The notes: a model not told the origin generated them from the letters alone. Shown: positions 46,856 to 57,105, numbered from the stretch's first letter. The stretch is DNA of 64,000 nucleotides from an uncultured Methanospirillum sp. (GCA_964434005.1 CAYSSW010000001.1:23768-87767), one strand, 5' to 3'. Translations and numbers: made by a program.

Positions 46856-48769
46856 ATGAATATGAAAAAGGTTTTTGCATTTTATGGATTTGATCTTGAA
46901 AATGGCCCAAAATCACTGCTTAAAGAGAGATATGAAAAAGAATTTACAATTTTAGCTCTTGATATTCCGGCCATTGGAATTGCTGTACAATCTGGAGTTC
47001 CATATACTATTATTGATGATTGGTTAGATGATAATGACTTTGAAAAAGCTCTTGCCGATGCAGAATTCTGCGAAAAAAACTGGTTTTCTGATGCTAAAGA
47101 AGAGTTTACGATTGAAGGAATCTGCTGGCCTGAATATGACCATTGGGACTTAAGTTTTTTTTGGAAAGAATTTTTTTTATCACGAGCATTGTGTAATAAA
47201 CTATTAGATCATGGAGTTAAAGTTTTTTCATATATTAAATATGATAGGTCAAAACCAATATTTTCATATTTTCCTCCCAATACAGTCGGCAAAGAAACTT
47301 TCAAATTGATATTAAAAGATAAGATTGATTTACAGGAGATCAATCCACTTAATGTAAAAAAGATCCTCAATAAATCGTCTCATATATTTGAATATATCAA
47401 TAGAATTTTAAAATGCATAATAAACGAGAAATTAAAAATCATTGTGAATAGGAAATTTATTAAATTATTTATTATTCATATCTATAATAATTTAAGATAT
47501 ATATTAAATAGGAAATTTTTAAAAATATCTCTTGATGATATTTATGAAAAAATATCCGGTAATATTGTATTTGTGATACATCCTGTAGAGCTTTTCCGAC
47601 ATTCTCATATAATTAGGGATTATGTAAAAAATACTAATGAAATGCCGGTTTTATTTTTATCAACTGACAATCTATTTAGGATAATAGAAGCAGAAATGAA
47701 TTTTGACCTTCCTGTTATAGGAAGTCATTCAATTGGCAGTACAAATGATGCTTCATTATTGTCAAATGCGTACTATTCTGTTAAAGAAAAATCAAATGGC
47801 AAACTATGGGAAGATCCAATAAGAAATTTTGATACAAATTTTCAATACTATTGCACAAAACGTTGGCCTGAATTAATTAAAGATATACGATATTGGAATA
47901 AAATACTCCATAACTTCTCTCCAAAAGCTCTCATTGTAAGTACAGTAGATCTTCCTGAATTTCAATTGATAACAATATTAGGAAAGATTTATAGTATTCC
48001 ATCATTTAGTTTACCACATGGAGGTGTTTGTGATTTAAGTGATATCCCGGATTATCTTTGTTATGATACATATATTCACAAAATCGTATCCCAAATAAAA
48101 GGTTTAAATGAAAAAAGATTATTACCTGTTAAAAGATTACTTGCTGATCATGAATCTCCAATGAATAATACCAGTTTTATTAAAAATAAAACAGGAATCC
48201 AGATTGTCGTTATTACCGCAGCATATCAATTTCATGGATTAATTCCAAAATCTAAATTACAAGGACATATTGACGGATTTAGTGTATTTAAAACCATACC
48301 TTATGATCTGTCAGATAAAATTCAGATAAGGATAAAAGAACATCCTACACCTTTATGGAAAAATACTGGATTAATGTATGCAGCAGAGATTGATATTCCC
48401 GGTATAGTCCTACCATTAGATACTAATTTACATGAGTTACTTAAGACAACAGATATTGTCATTATGCTAAATACCTGGTCAACACCAATAATACATGCAC
48501 TCAAAGCAAAAAAACCTGTAATTATCTTTAGAAATGTTAAAGTGGATGCTCCCCTGGAAGATCAATTTGATTATCCCTCAGGAATTGTTGTTACAAATCC
48601 TGATGAGTTATGGGAATGTATCAGAAATTATATCCATGATAAAGAATATAGGGATAAAATGACTGATATTTCTACCCAATTCTCTAATATATATCTTGAT
48701 GATTCTAATTATCCCAATTTAGCAGAGACAATCAAATCCAAATTAGAAGAGAATGTAATGCTGAAATAG
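46856..48769 (+). CDS. large orphan protein, possibly GT-B-fold / capsule-synthesis-like C-terminal half
   Basis: The ORF opens at TTG 46826, with ATGs at 46856 and 46862. Very K/I/N-rich. The C-terminal part (IRIKEHP...LLKTTDIVIMLNTWSTPIIHALKAKKPVIIF) loosely resembles nucleotide-sugar transferase C-domains. Weak functional call. Confidence 0.5.
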   Translation: MNMKKVFAFYGFDLENGPKSLLKERYEKEFTILALDIPAIGIAVQSGVPYTIIDDWLDDNDFEKALADAEFCEKNWFSDAKEEFTIEGICWPEYDHWDLSFFWKEFFLSRALCNKLLDHGVKVFSYIKYDRSKPIFSYFPPNTVGKETFKLILKDKIDLQEINPLNVKKILNKSSHIFEYINRILKCIINEKLKIIVNRKFIKLFIIHIYNNLRYILNRKFLKISLDDIYEKISGNIVFVIHPVELFRHSHIIRDYVKNTNEMPVLFLSTDNLFRIIEAEMNFDLPVIGSHSIGSTNDASLLSNAYYSVKEKSNGKLWEDPIRNFDTNFQYYCTKRWPELIKDIRYWNKILHNFSPKALIVSTVDLPEFQLITILGKIYSIPSFSLPHGGVCDLSDIPDYLCYDTYIHKIVSQIKGLNEKRLLPVKRLLADHESPMNNTSFIKNKTGIQIVVITAAYQFHGLIPKSKLQGHIDGFSVFKTIPYDLSDKIQIRIKEHPTPLWKNTGLMYAAEIDIPGIVLPLDTNLHELLKTTDIVIMLNTWSTPIIHALKAKKPVIIFRNVKVDAPLEDQFDYPSGIVVTNPDELWECIRNYIHDKEYRDKMTDISTQFSNIYLDDSNYPNLAETIKSKLEENVMLK

Positions 48770-48910
48770 GTAAAACATTAATCATTTAATCAAAAAAATC
48801 GTTCTTAAAAAGAATTAAAATTAATCCAAAACCTGATGACAACGAGTGTTGGCTAAATACCCTCCCTCCAAAACCCAAATAATTTCTTAAACCAAATCAC
48901 ATCTATACAA

Positions 48911-49672
48911 ATGGATATAATAACCCTCACAAAAAATAATATCGACTTGGAACATATCTGTTGTGCTATCTCAAATAATCAGGATTCTCAGGTAATCTCT
49001 AAAAAAAACTGGCTGAAAGAGAGATTTGATGACGGGCTTGTCTTTAAGAAAGGAAATATCAGAGGGAAATGTTTTATTGAATATATACCCGCAGAAAATG
49101 CATGGTCTCCGATTATTGCACCTGGTTATATGAATATTAACTGCTTCTGGATATCAGGACAATATAAAGGAAAAGGATACTCAAATCTTCTTCTATCTGA
49201 GTGTATTAAAGACAGTCAGAATAAGAATAAGTCAGGTCTTGTAGTATTATCCTCAAATAAGAAACTTCCATTTCTATCAGATCCTAATTACCTTCACTAC
49301 AAGGGTTTTATCCTGGCCGATACAGCAGATCCATCTTATGAATTATTGTATCTTCCTTTTAACAAGAATGCAGCAAAACCATACTTTAAAGGATCTGCTA
49401 AACATCCACACATCGAAGAAAATGGTTTTGTACTCTATTACTCACATCAATGCCCATTTAATGCAAAATATGTCCCACTCATTGAAAAATCAGCAGAAGA
49501 ACATAATATCCCATTTAAAACTATACGGTTCGAAACAACCAGGCAGGCACAAAACTCTCCCGCACCCTTTACTATCTTCTCACTGTTCTACAATAAAGAA
49601 CTTGTATCAGCAGAGATAATGTCTGTCAGTAAATTTGAAAAATTAATTGAAAAATTGTCTAAAGAAGCGTAA
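48911..49672 (+). CDS. GNAT-family N-acetyltransferase with YoaP-like C-terminal domain
   Basis: GQYKGKGYSNLLLSECI resembles the acetyl-CoA-binding Q/RxxGxG/A motif. The C-terminal segment YYSHQCPFNAKYVP...PFTIFSLFYNKELVS resembles the YoaP-like domain. From memory. Confidence 0.5.
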   Translation: MDIITLTKNNIDLEHICCAISNNQDSQVISKKNWLKERFDDGLVFKKGNIRGKCFIEYIPAENAWSPIIAPGYMNINCFWISGQYKGKGYSNLLLSECIKDSQNKNKSGLVVLSSNKKLPFLSDPNYLHYKGFILADTADPSYELLYLPFNKNAAKPYFKGSAKHPHIEENGFVLYYSHQCPFNAKYVPLIEKSAEEHNIPFKTIRFETTRQAQNSPAPFTIFSLFYNKELVSAEIMSVSKFEKLIEKLSKEA

Positions 49673-51305
49673 AAACCTCATCTGGAAGATCTGTTCCAGA
49701 TAACTTTTTAAAATCTGATACTGATGTAAATGGTCTTTTTGCAAGAACATTAACAACCCCTTTCTTTGAAATTCCCGGTATCCATCTAACAGTTTTTGGC
49801 GGAAGTGAGTTAACTGGCACCGGATATGGAAGAGATGTTATCGATCTCATCCCATGATCGACAACAATTACATCAATCAGAGTTCCTTCATCAAGATTTA
49901 ATGGAATTCCATTTAATATCGGATATGAACCGAACTGTCTTCCAAATGATAAATCTCCACTTTTTTCAATGAGAACCGATGAAAGTACTGTTCCTTTAGG
50001 AAATACCTTTTTAAGCATTGGCAGATCAAATTGCTTTCTTGTCCATTCCTTAAACTCATGAAATGCTTTTGAAACAGGAAGTGCATTATTATTCCATGCA
50101 GGTGTTCCTTCAAAAGGCATGAGTTGCCGGATATTAACTCTTCGGACGAGAAGACCGCTTGCAAGCACATCTTCTAAAAATTTTTGATTTAACTGATATG
50201 TGAGTTCAGTCTCATTAGAAAGACCACAAATGAAGTTTAGGCCAGGAAGAAGATGAGGAACTCCATTCATTCTATCACGAACAGCTCCTACATCATTAAC
50301 AATCTCTATAGCCTGCATTACCTGATTAGCATCTGCCTTTAAATTATTAGCAGCAATTACTGCAGGATCAACACTTTCAACGCCAAAAGCAGCCACATCT
50401 CCTGCTGTATGACCTTTTACAATTTCCTGAAGCGCTACTCTTGATTCTTCAGGATATCTTGCAATAGTCCCCGGATTAATATTATCAATATGAAGGGTCT
50501 TTAAATTTGGCGCTGCATCATGTATCGCTGAAAAAAGATATTCAATATTTCCTGGAACTGGTTTTGGATACTCTGCACCAGATGCCCCGTAAGTTAAAAG
50601 ATCAGGTTGTCTTCCAAGTCTAAAATGCCGGGCTCCAACATTATATAATGCAGAAACTTCTTTTGCAACAGAATCCGGATCTCTAAATTTTGGCTTTCCA
50701 TAAAATGGTTCAGTACAAAAAGAACAGCCACCAATATAAGATCTTGCACATCCACGTGCTGTTTCAAGTTCGCAGATAACATTTGGAAATGATGGATGAG
50801 AGCAGATGATATCGGCCCCAAGAACCGCCCATCTATTATCATCTTTGTATGAATGCCGGCCATCCGGATAACGACCTGAAAGTGCATTATCAAGTGCAGA
50901 TGATGGAGAACCGATTAACAGGTGTTTAAAATTAAATGTGCTTCCTGATTCAGCATGCTTTCCACCCTGCTTTGAAAAACCAAACTGAACAGGTCCTAAA
51001 AGAAATGTTTCCGGGAAGGTTAAGGCACTTCCAATCTGGAGTAGTTCATGATCAATAACAGGTGTTCCTCCGAGATATTTACCCGGAACAGTAACACCGG
51101 CAATCATCACTACTATTTCTGATTTATTTATATTTGGAATAAGTGTGAAATCAGATCTTATCTCATCAATTGTTGTGTAATTAACAGTAAATTCGTGTTC
51201 TTTCAAGACTCCTGCAATATTTCTGATATATGGTGATATATATGGAGGAACACCAAGACATGCAGGTTCATCCACATAACCGTCAATTATCCAAGCAATG
51301 CCCAT
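49659..51305 (-). CDS. radical SAM protein, COG1031-type (archaeal ~550-aa family with C-terminal HhH-like tail)
   Basis: N-terminus MGIAWIIDGYVDEPACLGVPPYISPY, Cys cluster ETARGCARSYIGGCSFCTEP, C-terminal KRPFTSVSDFKKLSGT. The track ORF extends to 51335, but the internal ATG 51305 avoids overlap with the upstream gene. Confidence 0.75.
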   Translation of the reverse strand: MGIAWIIDGYVDEPACLGVPPYISPYIRNIAGVLKEHEFTVNYTTIDEIRSDFTLIPNINKSEIVVMIAGVTVPGKYLGGTPVIDHELLQIGSALTFPETFLLGPVQFGFSKQGGKHAESGSTFNFKHLLIGSPSSALDNALSGRYPDGRHSYKDDNRWAVLGADIICSHPSFPNVICELETARGCARSYIGGCSFCTEPFYGKPKFRDPDSVAKEVSALYNVGARHFRLGRQPDLLTYGASGAEYPKPVPGNIEYLFSAIHDAAPNLKTLHIDNINPGTIARYPEESRVALQEIVKGHTAGDVAAFGVESVDPAVIAANNLKADANQVMQAIEIVNDVGAVRDRMNGVPHLLPGLNFICGLSNETELTYQLNQKFLEDVLASGLLVRRVNIRQLMPFEGTPAWNNNALPVSKAFHEFKEWTRKQFDLPMLKKVFPKGTVLSSVLIEKSGDLSFGRQFGSYPILNGIPLNLDEGTLIDVIVVDHGMRSITSLPYPVPVNSLPPKTVRWIPGISKKGVVNVLAKRPFTSVSDFKKLSGTDLPDEVFTLL

Positions 51306-51315
51306 TGTCTGTATC

Positions 51316-51972
51316 CTATATCTCGATTCCAGCAAGCTTTAGAAGACGCCTGGCAAAAATTAGTTTTCCACGCTTTATTGGAGTAACATCAGTGTCATCA
51401 AGATCAAAACCTGCAAGATCAACTGACCTGGCTCCGGTTGAAAGTGCAAAAAAGACCGCCCTGTCACCGTCAGTAAATCCACCAAAATTGTATATAGAAA
51501 TTTCGTCTGTAAATGGTTTATTCTGTGTTGTTAGAATTACCGGGCCGGAAAATTTTGAAACCCATGTTTTAATCTGCGGGATATTATCTCCATGCGCATG
51601 AACAACAAGAATAGTGCCTTCAATATTTTTTAAGATTGCATAATCATCAATTCCGTCAAGATCTGTTACAATTATATCCGGAGTTAATCCGGTTTCAATC
51701 AAAACTCCGGCTGCTGCATCTGCGGCAATCAATATTCCAGAATAGTTTCGTTTCTTCAGATCATCTTTAAGAGAGGGTGCATTTCCAAAAACAGTTACAT
51801 GTAATCCTTTAATACGATAAAGATTTTGAAGTTCAACCATCCCATCTCTAATGGACTGGTTCTTTTTTGCAGTTTCTACCAAAATGTGAGAAGCATTATC
51901 ATCTTCTTCTGCAGAAAATGAAAAAAAATCACAGATTTCCCGATATATCGGCTCCCATTCCTCAAACTTCAT
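51316..51972 (-). CDS. mptE: MptE-like 6-hydroxymethyl-7,8-dihydropterin pyrophosphokinase (DUF115 family)
   Basis: GNAPSL, IVTDLDG, VVHAHGDN and NFGGFTDGDRAVF match my recollection of the archaeal MptE/DUF115 motifs. Confidence 0.55.
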   Translation of the reverse strand: MKFEEWEPIYREICDFFSFSAEEDDNASHILVETAKKNQSIRDGMVELQNLYRIKGLHVTVFGNAPSLKDDLKKRNYSGILIAADAAAGVLIETGLTPDIIVTDLDGIDDYAILKNIEGTILVVHAHGDNIPQIKTWVSKFSGPVILTTQNKPFTDEISIYNFGGFTDGDRAVFFALSTGARSVDLAGFDLDDTDVTPIKRGKLIFARRLLKLAGIEI

Positions 51973-53425
51973 TGGAACCGTCTTCGAGAAGTCCTACAAT
52001 CTCACTGAATTTTTGAAGAATAGGATCTATTACAAGAGATAGAAGCACTTCTTTGTCCTTCACAACAGAGAAGACCTTTAATGGAATTGTAGCGGCAGCC
52101 ATAGTTGCATGTCCCCCGGCTTCACCAAGATCAGCAAATGCATCACTCATAACATTACCCAGATTTAAGCGCAGATCTCGATTTCGACCTGACATTATTA
52201 TTGCATCATCAGTAATTCCATATACAAGTGCAGTGCTGATTCCTTCAAGATTAATCAGAAGTTCTGCGGCTTGAGGAAGTGCATCCCGATTTCTGATATA
52301 TCCGACATTTGAAAAGAGATATCCATTCTTTGTTTTTCGGTTTTTAATGGCGCTTCCTATTACATCAATAGTTTCATGAGAATACTGTGGAGACATGATC
52401 TTCTCAAGGAGATCAGCATCACTATACTGGAGAAGAAATGCAGCATACTCAAAATCTTCCGGAGTTACATTTCTTCTAAACTGCTTGGTGTCTGCCCGAA
52501 TGCCATACAAAAGCGCGGTTGCAACATTTTCATCAGGTTCAATTCCAAGTTCCTTTAAATATTCGGTAAGAATAGTTGCACATGCGCCTGACTTTGGTCT
52601 GATGTCCATGAACTCTGCTGAAAGGGATTCAGGATCTGATTCATTATGATGATCTATGATAATGTCAACAGAACTTTTCGGTATAAGCCCATTATTAACA
52701 CCCGGGCCCATACTGTCAACAACTGCTATATGCTCGCATTCTGTAAGACACTCAACTCTCATCTTCTCCATCTTAATATCAAGGAGGTTTACAAGTGTGC
52801 GGTTTTCCTGATGACCTATCAGACCATCATAAAAGATATGAGTTATAATTGCAGGATTAGCTTTTTTTGCAATAGTTGCAAGTGCCATCGCTGATGAAAT
52901 TGCATCAGGGTCTGGATTTGTGTGAGTTACAATTCCAAAATCTCCAGACCATGAAGCAATAAGATCATAAAGTTCCTGGGAGATATGTCGTTTTTCAAAG
53001 AGTTTTAAGTGCTCAATTGCTGTTCTTGCAATGACCTGTTGAGGATAGAGGACAAGATCCGCACCATCTTGAATCAGACCTTTTTCACTGATGGGATCAA
53101 TAGCGCGGGCAATGATGTACATATGTGGAAACATATTTCGAATATTATGAACACAGATTGAATTTGCCTCATGGTTATCACTTACAATAAAGGCAATATC
53201 AAAAGAGGGGAGTTTTTTGAGCATATCAGGATCTTTCATATCCTGAAGGATAGCTTCAATCTTCTGCTCGCGTAGTTCCTGAACACGGGCGGCATTATTA
53301 TCCATACAGATAATCCCCACTCCTTCTTTGCGTAATTCAGTTAATATCAGATATCCAACACTTCCACAGCCACAGACAAGATATGTCCGTGTCCCTCTGA
53401 CTCCAGAAAAACGATAATCCCGCAT
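51962..53425 (-). CDS. TrkA-N (RCK NAD-binding) domain fused to a DHH/DHHA1 phosphoesterase
   Basis: N-terminal VCGCGSVGY Rossmann motif, DHH motifs (HTNPDPDAISS, IIIDHH), and DHHA1 GGHATMAA near the C-terminus. Confidence 0.75.
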   Translation of the reverse strand: MRDYRFSGVRGTRTYLVCGCGSVGYLILTELRKEGVGIICMDNNAARVQELREQKIEAILQDMKDPDMLKKLPSFDIAFIVSDNHEANSICVHNIRNMFPHMYIIARAIDPISEKGLIQDGADLVLYPQQVIARTAIEHLKLFEKRHISQELYDLIASWSGDFGIVTHTNPDPDAISSAMALATIAKKANPAIITHIFYDGLIGHQENRTLVNLLDIKMEKMRVECLTECEHIAVVDSMGPGVNNGLIPKSSVDIIIDHHNESDPESLSAEFMDIRPKSGACATILTEYLKELGIEPDENVATALLYGIRADTKQFRRNVTPEDFEYAAFLLQYSDADLLEKIMSPQYSHETIDVIGSAIKNRKTKNGYLFSNVGYIRNRDALPQAAELLINLEGISTALVYGITDDAIIMSGRNRDLRLNLGNVMSDAFADLGEAGGHATMAAATIPLKVFSVVKDKEVLLSLVIDPILQKFSEIVGLLEDGSNEV

Positions 53426-53467
53426 ATGTTACTAAATTAATTGGATTCCACACAGATAAAACCGGTC

Positions 53468-53484
53468 ACGAAACTTATTTATAT
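53468..53484 (+). promoter_or_regulatory. candidate BRE/TATA element for tRNA-Lys
   Basis: ACGAAACTTATTTATAT, 30-46 nt upstream of the tRNA 5' end. Its first 13 nt are identical to 24025-24037. Confidence 0.35.
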
Positions 53485-53513
53485 GCGTCATACTAACATG
53501 TTATAGCACAAAG

Positions 53514-53586
53514 GGGATTGTAGCTCAGTCGGTAGAGCGGCGGACTCTTAATCCGCAGGCCAGGGGTTCGAACCCCCCCAGTCCCG
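53514..53586 (+). tRNA. tRNA-Lys (anticodon CUU)
   Basis: Hand-folded. Acceptor GGGATTG/CAGTCCC (one G-U pair), D-arm GCTC-AGTCGGTA-GAGC, anticodon stem GCGGA/TCCGC with loop CTCTTAA, T-arm AGGGG-TTCGAAC-CCCCC. Confidence 0.85.
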
Positions 53587-53673
53587 TATCATTTTATATT
53601 TTTTTATTTAGAAAAATTTCAATTACAATAGGAATAATTCATAGCCTGTGGCAACCTATTATCAAACAGAACA

Positions 53674-53865
53674 ATGACAGAGTCAAATAATGAATATGAT
53701 CTTGTAACATGCAGACATTGCGATGGAGAAGGATGTTGCTTTTGTAATGCCACCGGAAAGGTAGAAGTTAAGAAACCGGCAACATTATGTGAGTCTTGTG
53801 AAGGGATTGGCTGTATCTATTGTGGTTATACCGGATGGGCCAGTCCTCGTGGAAAATATGACTGA
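53674..53865 (+). CDS. small DnaJ-type zinc-finger-like protein (CxxCxGxG repeats)
   Basis: 63 aa containing CRHCDGEGCCFCNATG and CESCEGIGCIYCGYTG. Confidence 0.55.
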   Translation: MTESNNEYDLVTCRHCDGEGCCFCNATGKVEVKKPATLCESCEGIGCIYCGYTGWASPRGKYD

Positions 53866-53896
53866 TATAATGGCCATTTAGACCACTGGAGCCTTA

Positions 53897-56800
53897 ATGA
53901 TATCAATAATAAAACCAAATCCAGAGCATATGCGCCTTAAAGGGGACCTTGATGGCCTTATAAAACTCGCGCATGATGCAAAGGAGATGAACCTAAGAAT
54001 TGAGGCAATTCTTGCTCTAGGTAGAATGCGCTCACCTGATTCGATTTCTGACCTTATTTCTTTTTTAACAGACAGTGATTCACAAATAAGTAATGCAGCA
54101 TCTGAAGCCTTTGAAAACTTTGGAAAAGAGGCTATTATACCACTTCTTGAGACCTATGAAAACCGTGAAGAAGTCACGATAAAGAAAGTGCATACAGTTC
54201 TTGTAAAAATGGGAATTGTTACTGTTCCTATAATTCTTCAGATGGTTAGAGACTGCAGCGATCTTGCAGAGGAAAGAGCTGCATATACAATTTTTGCAAT
54301 CGGTGAACCCTGTGTTTCTATTCTAATCGCAGCTCTTGGATCTGATAATGAGAAAGTGGTAAAATTTTCAGAGAGTCTTCTTGAAACAATGGGAAGATCA
54401 ATCCTCCCTGACCTCATTAAGAGTCTTTCTGATGTAAATGATGAAGTAAAAGCAAGAGTTGCAGCACTTTTGATTGTCCTTGGTGATGAAGTGGTAATTG
54501 ATCTTTTAAGTTCATGTGGAGGTGACACTGAAGAGACAAGAAGTCTTAAATTCTATATAATTAGTGAAATTGGAGCTCCAGCACTTGATCCGCTTTATCA
54601 GGCTCTGCGCGATCCAAATCCGGTAACATCTTCAATGGCTCTCAAAATATTCCTTGAATTTGGAGAATCTGCAATTATTCCCCTTATTAATGGACTTTTT
54701 GACAGCGATCCTGATATTAAACATATCTCTGAAAATGCACTCATAAAAATCGGCGGACCTGTTGTTCCAAATCTGATTCAGGAAATACCTCTTCATAAAG
54801 AACATGAACGCGATATAATTTTTAATCTACTTGTCAGAATGGGTGAACCTGCAACACCTGATATGGTATCTGCTCTTTACAGTCCGTCTGCTGAAATTTC
54901 TAAAGCAATGGCATCAGTTCTTCCAAGAACCGGCGCTGTTGCGTTTCCATATCTTATGAACTGTATTGGAGTACAGAAAGATACTACACCAATAAAAAGA
55001 GTCTTTCGGGAGATGGGAAGAGTTGCATTTCCTCTTCTTGAAGAAGAATCTGAAAAATCAACTTCTGATCGCTGTATATTTGCAATAAAGATGCTAAAAG
55101 AGATTGATCCTGTAAGGGCTATTGATCCACTTGTAACAGCACTTTATCACCGGGAAGAAAAGGTCAGGAATGCAGCAATTGATGAACTAAAAACAGCCGG
55201 AGATATTGCAATGCCTCGTCTCATTGGTGTTCTCTCTTCAGGTAATGAATCTGCAGCATCTCTTGCCCGTGATGCACTTATTTCAGCCAGTGATGATGCA
55301 GCTCCTCATCTTGTGGATGCCTTAACAGATCCTCTTTCTGGTGATGTAAATGAGATATCAGATATCATAAGGATGATTGGAAGACCGATGATCCCATATC
55401 TTATCACTATTCTCTCTCCGAAAAAACCTGGCTATGAAGAAGCTGCAAAAATCCTGAAAGACATGGGGGCCATCTCAATCGAGCCATTACTTGAGGCTCT
55501 TGCATCTGCTTCTCCTGATCAGGCCGTGGCAATAAATAATCTGCTTCAGGACCTTTATAACGAAGATCCAGATATTTTTATCAGCAGTCTGCTTGGAAAC
55601 TCTAATTTAAAGGAAGATGTTGTCTGGGATTTAATAAATACCCACCCGGATGATGTTATTCCATTCCTTGCTACTACTCTTCATGAAGGAGATGAAGAAG
55701 AGGCTGAACGTGCCGGAGATCTTCTTGTAAGATTTGGTGAAAGTGCTGTTCCGTCTTTAATTGAAGCATTGAATAATGAAAACGATGAAAACCGAAATTT
55801 AAATATCACAACCTGCCTGACAAAGGCCGGCCCGATAGCAATCCCGGAACTTTTACTATTACTGAAAAATCCTGAAAAAGCCGCTTATAGTGTTGCAGCT
55901 TTAAGTTCTATTGGAGAGCCTGCAATTAAACCGCTCCTTAAATTATTAAAAGATGATAATCCTGATACTGTAAAATTTGCAGGGCTTGCTCTTACCGGCA
56001 TTGGAAAACCAGCAGCAGAAGCAATACTGCCGATCCTTGAAAAGGATGATGGAATGGTTCCAATCCTAACAAAAATACTTGCAGGGATGGGAGGTATTGC
56101 TCTTCCACAACTTCTTGATGAGTTTACTGATCTTCATGAAGAGGGAAAAGCAGGAAGTCAAAGAGGTATTGCTCTTATGAATATGATAATTGAGATTGCC
56201 CTTACAGGTAATGATCAGATGAAATATCTCTATGATATTAAGGATCATGAAATCTCAAGAATGATTACAAATATGATGGTAAGCAGAGGCGATATGATTG
56301 TAGAGCCAGTCTTAAAATCAGTTCTCCTCTTAAAAACACCTGTTCCTGATATACTTGTTGATATTTTAAGACCCGTAAAAGCAAAGGCCTTTGAACTTAT
56401 TGAAGGCATTATGCAGGCACTTTCTGATAATGATCAAAGAAAGATACCTTTGATTGGACTGCTTGGAGCTCTTGGTGATTCCTCAAACATGCCAGTACTT
56501 GTTAATTGTATGAAATCAGAGGATAAAAGAGTAAAACTTGCTGCTGTGAAGGAACTTACAAGGTTTGGACGGGATGCGCTTGAGCCTTTAACTGAGGCAA
56601 TGAATGATAAAGATACTGATGTCCGGATTACAGCCGTAGAAGCCATGGGAAGTATTGGACTACCTGTGCTTGACCTGCTACTTAATGCCTTAAAAGACAA
56701 GGATGGAAGAATCAGAAAGGCAGCTATTACTGGAATTGCAAAAACCGGAGAACCTGCACAGTTTATGCTTGTTCAGGCGCTTGATGATCCTGACAGAAAT

Positions 56801-57043
56801 GTCAGATCTGATGTAGTAAAGCTTCTAGCAAAGATGAAATGGAAGCCAAAGTATACTACAGACAGACTAAGTTATCTTTTTGCATCTGAAGATTTTGATA
56901 CACTTGTCAGGATTGGTCTTCCTTCAGAGGATATTTTAACGCGCGGATTAAACGATAATGATCCTGAAATTGTAAAAGCTTCAAAAGCTGCACTTGTAAA
57001 AATCAGGACAGTATCTGACGAAGATTCTAAAGAGAATAAATAA
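53897..57043 (+). CDS. giant HEAT-repeat (PBS-lyase HEAT-like) protein
   Basis: 1048 aa built from about 30-aa helical repeats of the form L...L.D.d..VR..A..aL..iG..a...L throughout. Confidence 0.85.
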   Translation: MISIIKPNPEHMRLKGDLDGLIKLAHDAKEMNLRIEAILALGRMRSPDSISDLISFLTDSDSQISNAASEAFENFGKEAIIPLLETYENREEVTIKKVHTVLVKMGIVTVPIILQMVRDCSDLAEERAAYTIFAIGEPCVSILIAALGSDNEKVVKFSESLLETMGRSILPDLIKSLSDVNDEVKARVAALLIVLGDEVVIDLLSSCGGDTEETRSLKFYIISEIGAPALDPLYQALRDPNPVTSSMALKIFLEFGESAIIPLINGLFDSDPDIKHISENALIKIGGPVVPNLIQEIPLHKEHERDIIFNLLVRMGEPATPDMVSALYSPSAEISKAMASVLPRTGAVAFPYLMNCIGVQKDTTPIKRVFREMGRVAFPLLEEESEKSTSDRCIFAIKMLKEIDPVRAIDPLVTALYHREEKVRNAAIDELKTAGDIAMPRLIGVLSSGNESAASLARDALISASDDAAPHLVDALTDPLSGDVNEISDIIRMIGRPMIPYLITILSPKKPGYEEAAKILKDMGAISIEPLLEALASASPDQAVAINNLLQDLYNEDPDIFISSLLGNSNLKEDVVWDLINTHPDDVIPFLATTLHEGDEEEAERAGDLLVRFGESAVPSLIEALNNENDENRNLNITTCLTKAGPIAIPELLLLLKNPEKAAYSVAALSSIGEPAIKPLLKLLKDDNPDTVKFAGLALTGIGKPAAEAILPILEKDDGMVPILTKILAGMGGIALPQLLDEFTDLHEEGKAGSQRGIALMNMIIEIALTGNDQMKYLYDIKDHEISRMITNMMVSRGDMIVEPVLKSVLLLKTPVPDILVDILRPVKAKAFELIEGIMQALSDNDQRKIPLIGLLGALGDSSNMPVLVNCMKSEDKRVKLAAVKELTRFGRDALEPLTEAMNDKDTDVRITAVEAMGSIGLPVLDLLLNALKDKDGRIRKAAITGIAKTGEPAQFMLVQALDDPDRNVRSDVVKLLAKMKWKPKYTTDRLSYLFASEDFDTLVRIGLPSEDILTRGLNDNDPEIVKASKAALVKIRTVSDEDSKENK

Positions 57044-57105
57044 TTTTTACACAGATTCATCTGTCTGAACTCCCAATAAGATCAGAGAAATCTTCCTGGA
57101 TTAAT

